A DNA stretch of 64,000 nucleotides from Candidatus Kaiserbacteria bacterium RIFCSPLOWO2_01_FULL_45_25 (GCA_001781415.1 MFLT01000003.1:6672-70671); one strand, 5' to 3'. Counted from the first letter of the stretch, positions 9,427 through 18,466 are shown. A program made the numbers and translations. Notes: generated by a model from the letters alone, not told the origin.

Positions 9427-9784
9427 CAAAGCCAGCTTAAGACTTCATAAATACTTCACGTTACCCTATGTATTATGGGGCGACAAACGCATTTGTTTGT
9501 ATAGCGACGTATTACTTCAAATAGAACGGCATCAGTTATACCAAATGTGTAATTTGCCCAAGAATATTGGAATGGTACTGAGCACGATAATAAAAGTTCT
9601 TTATCAGTTCTTGAGGAATCAACAAATGAACAAGATATACTATGGTCATCGCGAATACACCTAGTACTGATACATCATCGACATGTATTTTGACTCGTTG
9701 AGGAGGGGCTGCAGCGTTAAGGCGTTGCAGCCTCTCCGTCTATCTGGTGTTCCTAGATTAATACCAGAAACTGACAGCCACTTA

Positions 9785-10648
9785 CTACGGCCTGTACACA
9801 ACATCTATATGGTCTCTCTCAACTGCGTAGGTAGCATTTCCATTTACATAAGTTCTTGTGCCGTCTCTCCAAGGTGCTCCAGGAGTAAAATTATTTTGAA
9901 CATAACTAACCAAAGCAGGATTATTGTTGGTTCTTAAGTCTAATTTATATCCATTAGAGTGGGAGTAAGTACCGTTTTGATGAGTTCCACCAGTACCTTC
10001 AGTAACCACAATATTACAACCACAAGATCGGTTTAGTGCAATTACCCCATCAATCACATGTGGTTGAATTCCTTCAAGCCTAGCTCCTGGTTTTACACCA
10101 ACACCAGCAGCACTTAATCTGGATGCGGCTTCTGCTTGTGTTAGCGGTGTACCAGGCGCACTAGGAGCCGAAGGGTCAGTTGGTACTGTTCCAGCCGGTT
10201 CAGGATTTGTCTCAACGTACTCATGTGGCACTACTTGAGTAGTACACTGCACTTGTGACCATGGTCCCCAGCCAACTAACTCACCCATGGCTGCACCACT
10301 AGAGCCACCGCCCACCAAACCTTTCATAACCGTATCAACAATCAACCAAGCGGCTAGCACAATAATAATTCCAATAAGAGCATTCTGGAACTTTGATTTA
10401 GCAGCATCAAGAGCTGACTGATTTCCACCTGATGTCACGAGTCCAAAGCCAGCGACCACCATCATAACTGCAAACAGTATGAACAAGATGCCGATAAGCC
10501 AAACAATGATGAGGTTAATCATGGCCACCAACTGACAAGACCCACAGTCTGCACCACTACAAGTCACGAGTCCGGTTTGTGCCAAAACGGCATCAGTTGG
10601 CAAAAACATCAGAGCAAAAGCGATAACAGCAACTGGTATAAATTTCAT
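9785..10648 (-). CDS. TrbC/VirB2-like pilin fused to a peptidase M15-like zinc domain
   Basis: CPR pilin-type TM-AKSKFQNALIGIII-TM; C-terminal SHSNGYKLD and ERDHIDV motifs. Confidence 0.65.
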   Translation of the reverse strand: MKFIPVAVIAFALMFLPTDAVLAQTGLVTCSGADCGSCQLVAMINLIIVWLIGILFILFAVMMVVAGFGLVTSGGNQSALDAAKSKFQNALIGIIIVLAAWLIVDTVMKGLVGGGSSGAAMGELVGWGPWSQVQCTTQVVPHEYVETNPEPAGTVPTDPSAPSAPGTPLTQAEAASRLSAAGVGVKPGARLEGIQPHVIDGVIALNRSCGCNIVVTEGTGGTHQNGTYSHSNGYKLDLRTNNNPALVSYVQNNFTPGAPWRDGTRTYVNGNATYAVERDHIDVVYRP

Positions 10649-10649
10649 A

Positions 10650-11150
10650 TTAAATAATTATATTACAACTCTGGGTTAACGGCGTTGCTGTTGAGCACAT
10701 ATATGTATCTGCCGGCAATGTAACCAAGTTATCTAAAGGTACTGCAAAACTACTACGTGGTTGTGGTGCTGGCTGAGTTGTACAGATGATGTCATTCCAA
10801 ACACCGTAATTTTCTTGTCTGAGCAGGAAGCGCAAGCCAGTATCCACTAGCATCCACGCTGCCAAAAATAGTATGTACCCAACAATAGCGTTACTGATTA
10901 GTTTACGAGCGTTTGTCACTGCTGATAGATCACCAGCCGCTACCACCATCCTGAGTCCAGCCAGCATAATGAGAATAACCACTATAATTCCCATAACTGT
11001 CGCCAACCAGCCACCAACCGTCGCCACTAGTGCTCCAACATGGCACATTTGGCATGGCTCTTCACCTATCCCACCACACGGAACCAACCCGGCTGCAGCC
11101 ACCACAGACGGAGAAAGAAGAATGAGAGTAGGCAGGAAGCTTTTCCACAT
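10650..11150 (-). CDS. TrbC/VirB2-like pilin-family membrane protein
   Basis: ATG 11150; GLVPCGG..CQMCH; TM-ARKLISNAIVG-TM. The longer ORF-track start overlaps the tRNA-like sequence. Confidence 0.7.
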   Translation of the reverse strand: MWKSFLPTLILLSPSVVAAAGLVPCGGIGEEPCQMCHVGALVATVGGWLATVMGIIVVILIMLAGLRMVVAAGDLSAVTNARKLISNAIVGYILFLAAWMLVDTGLRFLLRQENYGVWNDIICTTQPAPQPRSSFAVPLDNLVTLPADTYMCSTATPLTQSCNIII

Positions 11151-11235
11151 ATAGGTATATACTAGCATGACCACTCTTTGAAAATCAGGCAAGATGTGGT
11201 AATTTGTATGCCACATACGGCATACCGTATTAATC

Positions 11236-11390
11236 GCGTCGGTACTCAAGCGGTCAACGAGGGCAGACTGTATGACTTGCGCTTTGCGCACCAGGAAGTC
11301 ATGCTGGCATAGGTGTCTCCCACCGGAGACTCTGTCTAAAGTCGCTAGACGCGACACACCAGTAAATCTTGCAGATTTCCAGTCTGCTGA
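11236..11390 (+). pseudogene. tRNA-Tyr 5' copy with 92-nt structured insertion in the anticodon loop, no T-arm
   Basis: 11236-11272 is identical to the first 37 nt of tRNA-Tyr at 11432. Insertion 11273-11364, resumes AATCT(T)GC, then an inverted anticodon arm. Confidence 0.7.
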
Positions 11391-11431
11391 TATAACTGAT
11401 AGGACCAAGTGATACAACAAAATAAATAAAT

Positions 11432-11514
11432 GCGTCGGTACTCAAGCGGTCAACGAGGGCAGACTGTAAATCTGCTGACTTATGTCTACGAAGGTTCGAA
11501 TCCCTCCCGGCGCA
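11432..11514 (+). tRNA. tRNA-Tyr(GUA)
   Basis: GCGTCGG..CCGGCGC acceptor; GCAGA-CTGTAAA-TCTGC; long variable arm; TTCGAAT. Confidence 0.95.
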
Positions 11515-11935
11515 CGCGTATAAAAAACCGTCCAAGCACAAGCTTGGGCGTTTTTTATTGCGTGCGCCGGAGCAAGGCATCTGCATGCCTTGCGTGAGGG
11601 ATTCGAAAAGCGCAGCGATGCCGTAGGCGAGCGAGCTGGGGTCGAGAACACTTAGTAGATTATGAGCGAAGCGAAATAATATACTTAGTGATTTGTGACC
11701 GAATCCCTCCCCTCCCGGAGCACATTAGAATTAAAAACACCAAATGGTGCTTTTTCTAATGTGCGCCGGGAAGTGAAATGTCTGGGAGACATTTCATGTG
11801 GGATTCGAAGCCCGATTGAGCTAGATTGAAAGCAAAGCGCATCAATCTAGCCAATTGGGGTACTGGTCGTGTAACGACCGAAATTCCCTCCCGGCGCACG
11901 CGTTAAAAATCCTTGCTCAACAAGGTATTTTTATA
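11515..11935 (+). repeat. Double tRNA fold-back array (Tyr locus): four extra 3'-end copies in alternating orientation
   Basis: Inverted 11560-11607, core 11608-11700, direct 11700-11723, inverted 11761-11809, core 11810-11879, direct 11880-11902. Confidence 0.88.
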
Positions 11936-11978
11936 GTCCGAAATAGATGATTCGACACTCTGCTATACTTAAAGAATT

Positions 11979-12524
11979 ATGCCAAAGACTTTTCTTGTAT
12001 TAATTGATGGTCCAATGGGTTCTGGAAAAACTACCACCAGTAAGCTACTCAATCAAAAACTCCCTGATACCGCTCGTGTCGCTTTACCAGACATCAAGCG
12101 TCTTGTTCCAAATTTCCGAGAAGACTCCAAAACTTTAAACACAATTAGAGAAGTAATGCGAGCGATGATTGAAACATATCTTAAAAATGATGTCAGCGTC
12201 GTTGTTGAACAAATTACAAAAGCGGATGGTGCACATCTACTAAAAGAAATAACTGAGAGGAACGGAGCAACATTTCATGGATACCGGCTAACGGCCCCAA
12301 AGGAGATTCGCTGGAACAGAGTTCTAGAGAGAACAAAATGTATGATGGAAGTATCGGAGTTACCCCAATCGAAAATCGATGAATTAGCTGGATATTTCGA
12401 ACCAAATCATCAATTTTATATAGATAATCCTATTGAGATATCTGAAACCGTTAACACCGATGAATTCAATACCGATGAAGTAATTTCACACATCATAAAT
12501 AACTTGACAACACAGCCTTATTAA
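11979..12524 (+). CDS. P-loop NTPase / small-molecule kinase (AAA_33-like)
   Basis: N-terminal LIDGPMGSGKTT; lid R...R motif. Confidence 0.75.
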   Translation: MPKTFLVLIDGPMGSGKTTTSKLLNQKLPDTARVALPDIKRLVPNFREDSKTLNTIREVMRAMIETYLKNDVSVVVEQITKADGAHLLKEITERNGATFHGYRLTAPKEIRWNRVLERTKCMMEVSELPQSKIDELAGYFEPNHQFYIDNPIEISETVNTDEFNTDEVISHIINNLTTQPY

Positions 12525-12578
12525 GGCATTGTATTTTCATTCCCAATCTTGAGTTGGGTTTCATTTACGGAGATAACC

Positions 12579-12932
12579 ATGAAGGTTTTCCTTGCAGTTC
12601 TTTTACTGGTCGCAACCAATGTCTGGAGCGGGCCTTCGATGCCGAGACTGATCATGCCGCGCATCATGCCAACCATGCCACGCACAACAACGCCGACACC
12701 TCGCGTGACGCCACCACCCTCTCCGGTCAGGCCTACTCCAACACCAAGCCCGGTCCGGTCGTTCAGTTACAACAACCGGAACTACACACCCGTGTACCAA
12801 AACAACATCCTGTTGTGGGTGATCTGGTTCAGTGTCATCAACGGCCAGCAGGTTGAACAGCGTGCGGACTGCGCCAATCCCCTGAACGAACACGACCGCA
12901 AGATTTGCGAAACAGCCAAAACACAGCAGTGA
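12579..12932 (+). CDS. Pro/Thr-rich exported hypothetical protein (cassette)
   Basis: GGAG SD, signal peptide, PTP-rich linker, C-terminal Cys pair, followed by the repeat terminator. Confidence 0.65.
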   Translation: MKVFLAVLLLVATNVWSGPSMPRLIMPRIMPTMPRTTTPTPRVTPPPSPVRPTPTPSPVRSFSYNNRNYTPVYQNNILLWVIWFSVINGQQVEQRADCANPLNEHDRKICETAKTQQ

Positions 12933-12950
12933 TCAACTAGGTCACCTACA

Positions 12951-13098
12951 CCCCGCCCACACCAGAAAGCCACCCGGCTTCGGTTGGGCGGTTTTCTTTT
13001 TACCAACACTCAAGTATAAATATTGACTTTTTCACAAAATCTATGTTTAATACTTGCCTATCAGACACAGGGTGTGTTTGTGTGTTCCTTTACAGGAG
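12951..13098 (+). repeat. Inter-cassette terminator+promoter+SD repeat, copy 1
   Basis: Near-identical to 13768-13913. Terminator ..GCTTCGGTTGGGCGGTTTTCTTT, TTGACT-17-TTTAAT, AGGAG. Confidence 0.9.
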
Positions 13099-13105
13099 TT
13101 TGAAA

Positions 13106-13762
13106 ATGATAGAGAGCAATGTCTGGGAAAATGACGGTGAAAGCACCATGTCACGGAGAAGTTTCTACTTCGCACTCGGCTGCGTCCTGACGTGGGGTTT
13201 CTTTGCCACCAACCTGGTGTCACAAGCCACTGCCGAATGGAAGCCTGGCCTGGTCTCCTTCCTTTTGGTTGGGCTTGTTCTGCCGATAGTGGGCATCCTG
13301 CTCAGCAGCTTCAGCCGCGTTGCCATCATCTCGTTCATCGGCTTCAACTTGGTGGTCATCCCGTTTGGCGCAGTCCTCGGCCCACTGCTCGCACAGTACG
13401 AACTGTCACAACCCGGCGTGGTGGCCCGCGCCGCTCTACTGACCGCGGCCGTCACGGGCATGATGGGCCTCTCCGGCTTGATGTTCCCGCAGTTCTATCG
13501 AAACATTGGCGGCGCTCTCTTCATGGCACTCTTGTGCCTTCTTGGAGTGCGCATCCTCCAAATGTTTGTGCCGAATCTGCAAAACGTCGGTTTCGTCGAC
13601 TACGCAGCGGCCGGACTGTTTGCTCTCTACATCGGTTACGACATGTGGCGAGCCAGCGAAATTCCAGCGAACCTGGATAACGCTGTGGATGTCGCAGTCA
13701 GTCTATACCTCGACATCATCAACCTCTTCCTCAACTTGCTGAAAATCAGCAGCGACGACTGA
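13106..13762 (+). CDS. Bax inhibitor-1/YccA-family membrane protein
   Basis: About 7 TM; LYIGYD..AVSLYLDIINLFLNLL signature. Confidence 0.88.
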   Translation: MIESNVWENDGESTMSRRSFYFALGCVLTWGFFATNLVSQATAEWKPGLVSFLLVGLVLPIVGILLSSFSRVAIISFIGFNLVVIPFGAVLGPLLAQYELSQPGVVARAALLTAAVTGMMGLSGLMFPQFYRNIGGALFMALLCLLGVRILQMFVPNLQNVGFVDYAAAGLFALYIGYDMWRASEIPANLDNAVDVAVSLYLDIINLFLNLLKISSDD

Positions 13763-13767
13763 GGTAA

Positions 13768-13913
13768 CCCCGCCCACACCAGAAAGCCTCCCAGCTTCGG
13801 TTGGGCGGTTTTCTTTTTACCAACACTCAAGTATAAATATTGACTTTTTCAAAAAATCAATGTTTAATACGTCCCTATCAAACACAGGGTGTGTTTGTGT
13901 TCCTTTGTAGGAG
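13768..13913 (+). repeat. Inter-cassette terminator+promoter+SD repeat, copy 2
   Basis: Matches copy 1. Terminator-only copies also at 14613-14662, 15719-15768 and 16372-16393. Confidence 0.9.
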
Positions 13914-13919
13914 AAGACA

Positions 13920-14612
13920 ATGAACCAAAGCAAGATTCGTGACCAACGCATGTGGGCAAAGTGGAATGCGGCCGGGGCCGTCAGCGGGGCCATCAAGCTT
14001 GTGGCGGACTACTCTGCAGGAGATCAAAAGATCCTGGATGTCCTCTCCAATGAGATGACAAATGACGTCATCGACGAGGCGATCGGCAATTGGACGCAAC
14101 GGCATTTCAAGAAACCCAACCCCCGAGTGAAGACGCTGCTTCTGGGATACGCAACAGCGGTCACTAGAAAGGTGTTCGCTGGAACAACTCCCTACCCCGA
14201 CTTCTCACCGGAATGGAAACGAGACGTCTCTAATCGGGCCTACGCACTCCTGGATTTCAAGAAGTTCAAGGAGCAGCAAGTCCCAGTGATCGTAGACGCG
14301 CTTTCTCCCATCCTGGGCGATACACGCGACAAGTTCGAAAATGGCTTGCATGGTTATTCTCTCGCCAAGATTGCGAACGTCGTCGGCTGTGTCGCCTATA
14401 TGGTGAAGAACGGTCTCGAGCCCGAGCTCCTCCGTATGACACCCGAAGAAGCGAACGCGTCGCTCCTCAAGATGGCGGAAACTCGCGCCAAGACGCATCC
14501 TGACAAGGTGCTCACTTTCGATCCGTCGACCGACGAGCCCCATGAAGTGGTCACAGAGATCCTTCTCCGGACAAATCCGCCGGACATCAGCGCGATCCTA
14601 CCCAAGAGGTAA
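13920..14612 (+). CDS. Hypothetical protein (cassette)
   Basis: 230-aa ORF with AGGAG SD, bounded by the repeats. Confidence 0.7.
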   Translation: MNQSKIRDQRMWAKWNAAGAVSGAIKLVADYSAGDQKILDVLSNEMTNDVIDEAIGNWTQRHFKKPNPRVKTLLLGYATAVTRKVFAGTTPYPDFSPEWKRDVSNRAYALLDFKKFKEQQVPVIVDALSPILGDTRDKFENGLHGYSLAKIANVVGCVAYMVKNGLEPELLRMTPEEANASLLKMAETRAKTHPDKVLTFDPSTDEPHEVVTEILLRTNPPDISAILPKR

Positions 14613-14809
14613 CCCCGCCCACACCAGAAAGCCTCCCGGCTTCGGTTGGGCGGTTTTCTTTTATTTAAGCATCGTCGTAACCAATGCCACCATCTGATCT
14701 TTCTTCCGTGGATCACTTTCAGCAATTAATAGAGTAATAGCAGTGAGGGCAGCTGGATTGATGTTGCGAGCCCCCTTCACTCCTACCCAATAAAACTGGT
14801 TTATCTGAA

Positions 14810-15034
14810 TTAGCAATGTGCAAATTTTGCACATACTGAATCAGCCTCTAACTCTCCATCTTTTATGACATTTCTAATATGCTTGGTAATAACAGAACGA
14901 TCGACTTGAAACATCTCAGCTATCTGTGCCTGAGTAGCCCAAATGGTTTCTGTTTTTAGATCCTCACGCAGCTCCAAAGCCCCCGACTTAGTCTGGTAAA
15001 TTACCATCTTTTGCTCTAGCTTTTTCTTGATCAT
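14810..15034 (-). pseudogene. Truncated RhuM/Fic-associated DNA-binding N-terminal fragment
   Basis: IYQ..G..EL, ETIWATQAQIAEMFQVDRSVITKHIRNV..GEL..SVCAKFAH, then a stop. Confidence 0.7.
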
Positions 15035-15139
15035 GTTGATGGGTATTTTACCACACTAATTTGACACAGCCTGAGTCCTATAGTTTACTTTTGGACATCT
15101 TGCCTAAGTTGGCATGCGTTCTTCTTCAGGAGAGATTAG

Positions 15140-15712
15140 ATGAACCAAAACCGCATTTCGCAATATCTTGAATCCAGACGCGAGCGACTCCAGTTGCTTG
15201 AAGCGATGTGGAACGACCCCAAGGTACAGCTATACAACGATGTTGAGTTGCCGCCAAAAGATGATGCTCCATCGGTTTTTCTCAACGGCCCGACTTCGCG
15301 TCACCAAATCCTTGAGTTCAACCACCGCTGCCTGTCCGTGAAGTATCTGCGTGATGCCGGCTTCAACGGATGGATCTACGCCCCCGAACCACGAGGCCAC
15401 GAAGAACCTGGAGATTTCACGGAACGTGGATACATCCACGAATGGGAATCCAGTCGACGCTTCTCTGCATCCTGTAATTCATTCTGGATTCCGCGCGACA
15501 GTAACGAGTTGCTCGGCCTCAACAGCAACCTTGAGTTGGGTATTGATATCGGCAAACTGTTAGCAGGAACACAAAATCACAGGGTGTTTATCGGCTGGCC
15601 CGATCAGGCACTCCGTATGGGATTGCCCAACCACTATCGCAAACTCACAGGTCTCACCCTCTACCGAAACCAGCAGGTCATGTGCGAACAGATTGCACTC
15701 CTCGTGAAGTAA
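15140..15712 (+). CDS. Nucleoside 2-deoxyribosyltransferase-like protein
   Basis: SVFLNGPT, IYAPEPR, EWE, FWIPR, NLELG pattern; TTGACA promoter and AGGAG SD. Confidence 0.7.
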   Translation: MNQNRISQYLESRRERLQLLEAMWNDPKVQLYNDVELPPKDDAPSVFLNGPTSRHQILEFNHRCLSVKYLRDAGFNGWIYAPEPRGHEEPGDFTERGYIHEWESSRRFSASCNSFWIPRDSNELLGLNSNLELGIDIGKLLAGTQNHRVFIGWPDQALRMGLPNHYRKLTGLTLYRNQQVMCEQIALLVK

Positions 15713-15789
15713 CGTCTCCCCCGCCCCACCAAAAGCCACACGGCTTCGGTTGGGCGGTTTTCTTTTATCTCGCAGTTAAACCCCGTTTG

Positions 15790-15818
15790 ACTTAAGTTTA
15801 ACTTAAGTTAAACTTAAG
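15790..15818. promoter_or_regulatory. Palindromic TA operator over the promoter
   Basis: CTTAAGTTTAACTTAAGTTAAACTTAAG palindrome directly before the antitoxin ATG. Confidence 0.65.
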
Positions 15819-15820
15819 CT

Positions 15821-16096
15821 ATGAATGCAAAAATAAAATCTAATATCGTTGGTCTCAAGGAACTTCGCGAAAACATGGAGACATACATAAAGCGAATCAA
15901 TAAAGGCGAGTCCATCACTGTGTTTCGTCGCTCAACACCCCTGTTTCGTATATCCCCTGTCGATTCAGAAGAAATTGGCTGGGAGACAGTGGTTGATTTT
16001 ACAAAAGAAACTGGCCGAGGTGTCCCGGTTGAAGAACTACTAAAATCAATGAAAGTGTATGGACAAAAATCAAAGGTTTCTAAAAAGACTAAGTAG
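15821..16096 (+). CDS. Phd/YefM-family antitoxin
   Basis: IVGLKELRENM..YIKRINKGESITVFRRSTPLFRISP. Confidence 0.85.
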   Translation: MNAKIKSNIVGLKELRENMETYIKRINKGESITVFRRSTPLFRISPVDSEEIGWETVVDFTKETGRGVPVEELLKSMKVYGQKSKVSKKTK

Positions 16097-16301
16097 CAAA
16101 GAATTTGCGGCGGTAGAAATAGTCTTGCGAAAGATTTTGTCCAAAAATACTACTGGTTTGGATATTAAAAAATTATCTGGATATAGTGACGTCTACCGAG
16201 TACGGACTGGTAATATTCGTATTATTTTCCTTGACGACAAAAGGCACGCTGAGGTGTTAGAGATAAGCAGACGTAGTGAAAAAACGTACAAAGACTTTTA
16301 A
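16059..16301 (+). CDS. RelE/ParE-family toxin
   Basis: DIKKLSG..DVYRVRTGNIRIIF..ISRR; overlaps the antitoxin. Confidence 0.85.
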   Translation: MDKNQRFLKRLSSKEFAAVEIVLRKILSKNTTGLDIKKLSGYSDVYRVRTGNIRIIFLDDKRHAEVLEISRRSEKTYKDF

Positions 16302-16512
16302 AGATTTCTAATTTTAATAAATACCCACAGTCTGCTCCCCTCAGTTGACATATTGCATAGCTGACCGGTCTTGGGTTGGGCGGTTTTCTTTTATACTTAA
16401 ATAAAATCTCTAGGTTCTAGGTTCAAAAATTGACTTTGTTCTAATATTATGTCAAAGTTTCACACAGACAAGTCTCTTCCCAATCAACAAAACCAAATTA
16501 GGAGGTGCTCAA

Positions 16513-17292
16513 ATGCAGCACGTTACAATCAAGCGCAATGGAGCATCCACGACGCTACAACTGAAACTAAATCTCAAAGTAAGTATCGAGGGTTCAGCAA
16601 CTATTGATTCTCACCAACTGGAAAAGCAAATGGATTCTTTTCTAGGCTGGACCCTTAGAGATGTTGGTTTAGGCGATGGCACGCCTGAGCAGGTGGACAC
16701 CTGTAAACGGTACATCAAACAATTTATGCATCACCGCGAATCAGAAAGCTTCTACAGAAATCTGGTTAAGACAAATTTTGAGCCTTGCGAAGAACCTGTA
16801 TGCATGCGGTACGAAACGCTTGCAGACCTAGCAGACAGCTTGGGGGTCATCTACCAGCTAATGTACTTTCATTACTTCCTAGGAAGAAATACTCGTATGA
16901 AGTGGTCTTTTCCGAGAATGTGCTGTGGTTACTCTGCTCACAACTTGACCACTGCCCTCTGGGAAGCTGGCGTGGTCGCAGCAGTATCAACTCATAACTA
17001 CTCACATGACCACTCATACGTAACCGTACCGTTTGTACTTATGGAAACAGGACGAACAGGAATAATTCTTGCCGACCCGACATCCGACCAACTGTGGATA
17101 GCTGGATCAAGGAGGATTCGAAACCATATGATGGTTTTGCCGAGCAAAGACTGGGAGTACAAGACTGACTGGAGAGACGGTGAAAACCTCTACCCTGAAA
17201 TCGTTCAGTTAAGCACCTGCCACGGCACTGAAGAAAAAGATTACAATCAGTACATGGAAAACGCCTTCAACAACGCTGCTGTTGTCGCATAA
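16513..17292 (+). CDS. Hypothetical protein with possible Cys-His-Asp (transglutaminase/papain-like) triad
   Basis: CCGYSA..HDHSYV..ILADPTSDQ; AGGAGG SD. Confidence 0.55.
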   Translation: MQHVTIKRNGASTTLQLKLNLKVSIEGSATIDSHQLEKQMDSFLGWTLRDVGLGDGTPEQVDTCKRYIKQFMHHRESESFYRNLVKTNFEPCEEPVCMRYETLADLADSLGVIYQLMYFHYFLGRNTRMKWSFPRMCCGYSAHNLTTALWEAGVVAAVSTHNYSHDHSYVTVPFVLMETGRTGIILADPTSDQLWIAGSRRIRNHMMVLPSKDWEYKTDWRDGENLYPEIVQLSTCHGTEEKDYNQYMENAFNNAAVVA

Positions 17293-17332
17293 ATATCCGC
17301 CCTACGACGCCACACCCGTGGCGTCTTTTCTT

Positions 17333-18466
17333 TTATTTAAAATACTTCTTGCCTTTTAGCTTATCTGGCAGGAGTGACGTACCTTCCTCTGGATACATCT
17401 CGTATCCTTCTCCATAACCCTCATCCTTCATGAGTTTGGTCGGCGCATTGCGCAGTGAAAGTGGAATTGGTAAATTACCAAAGTTACGCACATCACGCTC
17501 GGCCGAGCGAAGTGCATCATAGGCTCGCCGATCTTTCTTGGCGGTCGCTAGATACACCACTGCATGTGCGAGATTGATAGTACATTCAGGGTACCCAATA
17601 GTCTCAACTGCCCGAAAGACTTCGTTTGCAATTACGAGCGCCGTCGGCTGCGCCATTCCCACATCCTCACTAGCGAAGATAACAAGACGTCTCGCGATGA
17701 ACTTTGGATCTTCCCCCGCCTCAGTCATACGCGCTAGGTAGTACAGTGCCGCATCGGAATTACTAGCCCGCATACTTTTAATAAACGCACTGATGGTGTT
17801 GTAGTGTTCTTCGCCTTGTTTATCGTAACGAAGAAAAGAATTTTGGAGCGCTTCGGTCAGAGTCGCAACCGTCACTTCAGGATAGAGAGCGGTTGTTGCT
17901 TCAATCAATGTCAAAGCTTGCCTCGCGTCCCCTCCCGCCATTCTAACCAGCCACTCAGTTGCCTCAGCATCTAAAGCCGCGCCACTTCTCTTTATAATTT
18001 CCTGCATCTCTTCTTCACTAAGTGGCTTCAGAGTAAAGACCCGGCAGCGAGACAAGAGCGCACCAATCACTTCAAAGCTAGGGTTCTCAGTGGTAGCCCC
18101 AATCAAAACCAAAGCGCCACTTTCCACAAACGGCAACAAGTAATCCTGTTGGGCTTTATTAAAGCGGTGAATCTCATCCAAAAACAGTACCTTCTGTACC
18201 CCTTCTTCCTCATCTATAATTTTTTTAATATCGGCTTTGCCAGCACTTACCGCTGAAAGTTCATAAAACCGCGCCCCGAGTGAATTAGCATAGATACGCG
18301 CCAAGGTGGTTTTACCTACCCCAGGCGGACCCCAAAGGATGAATGAGAAGAGTAGTTTCTTGGCAATAGCTTCAAACAGCGGCTTGCCGGGAGCCACTAG
18401 ATGTGCCTGTCCGACGTACCCAGCTAGGGTATCTGGGCGTAGTTTGGCTGCTAGAGGTTGTTTCAT
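17333..18466 (-). CDS. rarA: Replication-associated recombination protein RarA/MgsA
   Basis: PLAAKLRP, GPPGVGKTT, DEIHRFNKAQQD, ISAFIKSMR, ASEDVGMA. Confidence 0.95.
   Translation of the reverse strand: MKQPLAAKLRPDTLAGYVGQAHLVAPGKPLFEAIAKKLLFSFILWGPPGVGKTTLARIYANSLGARFYELSAVSAGKADIKKIIDEEEGVQKVLFLDEIHRFNKAQQDYLLPFVESGALVLIGATTENPSFEVIGALLSRCRVFTLKPLSEEEMQEIIKRSGAALDAEATEWLVRMAGGDARQALTLIEATTALYPEVTVATLTEALQNSFLRYDKQGEEHYNTISAFIKSMRASNSDAALYYLARMTEAGEDPKFIARRLVIFASEDVGMAQPTALVIANEVFRAVETIGYPECTINLAHAVVYLATAKKDRRAYDALRSAERDVRNFGNLPIPLSLRNAPTKLMKDEGYGEGYEMYPEEGTSLLPDKLKGKKYFK

Noticed and set aside
11273-11364. Group I intron in tRNA-Tyr
   Set aside because: Only 92 nt, no recognisable P7 core, and no register gives both a 5'-exon terminal U and an intron terminal G.
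12951-16393. Classical integron
   Set aside because: No intI in the window, the modules lack clear RYYYAAC..GTTRRRY attC ends, and each cassette has its own promoter.
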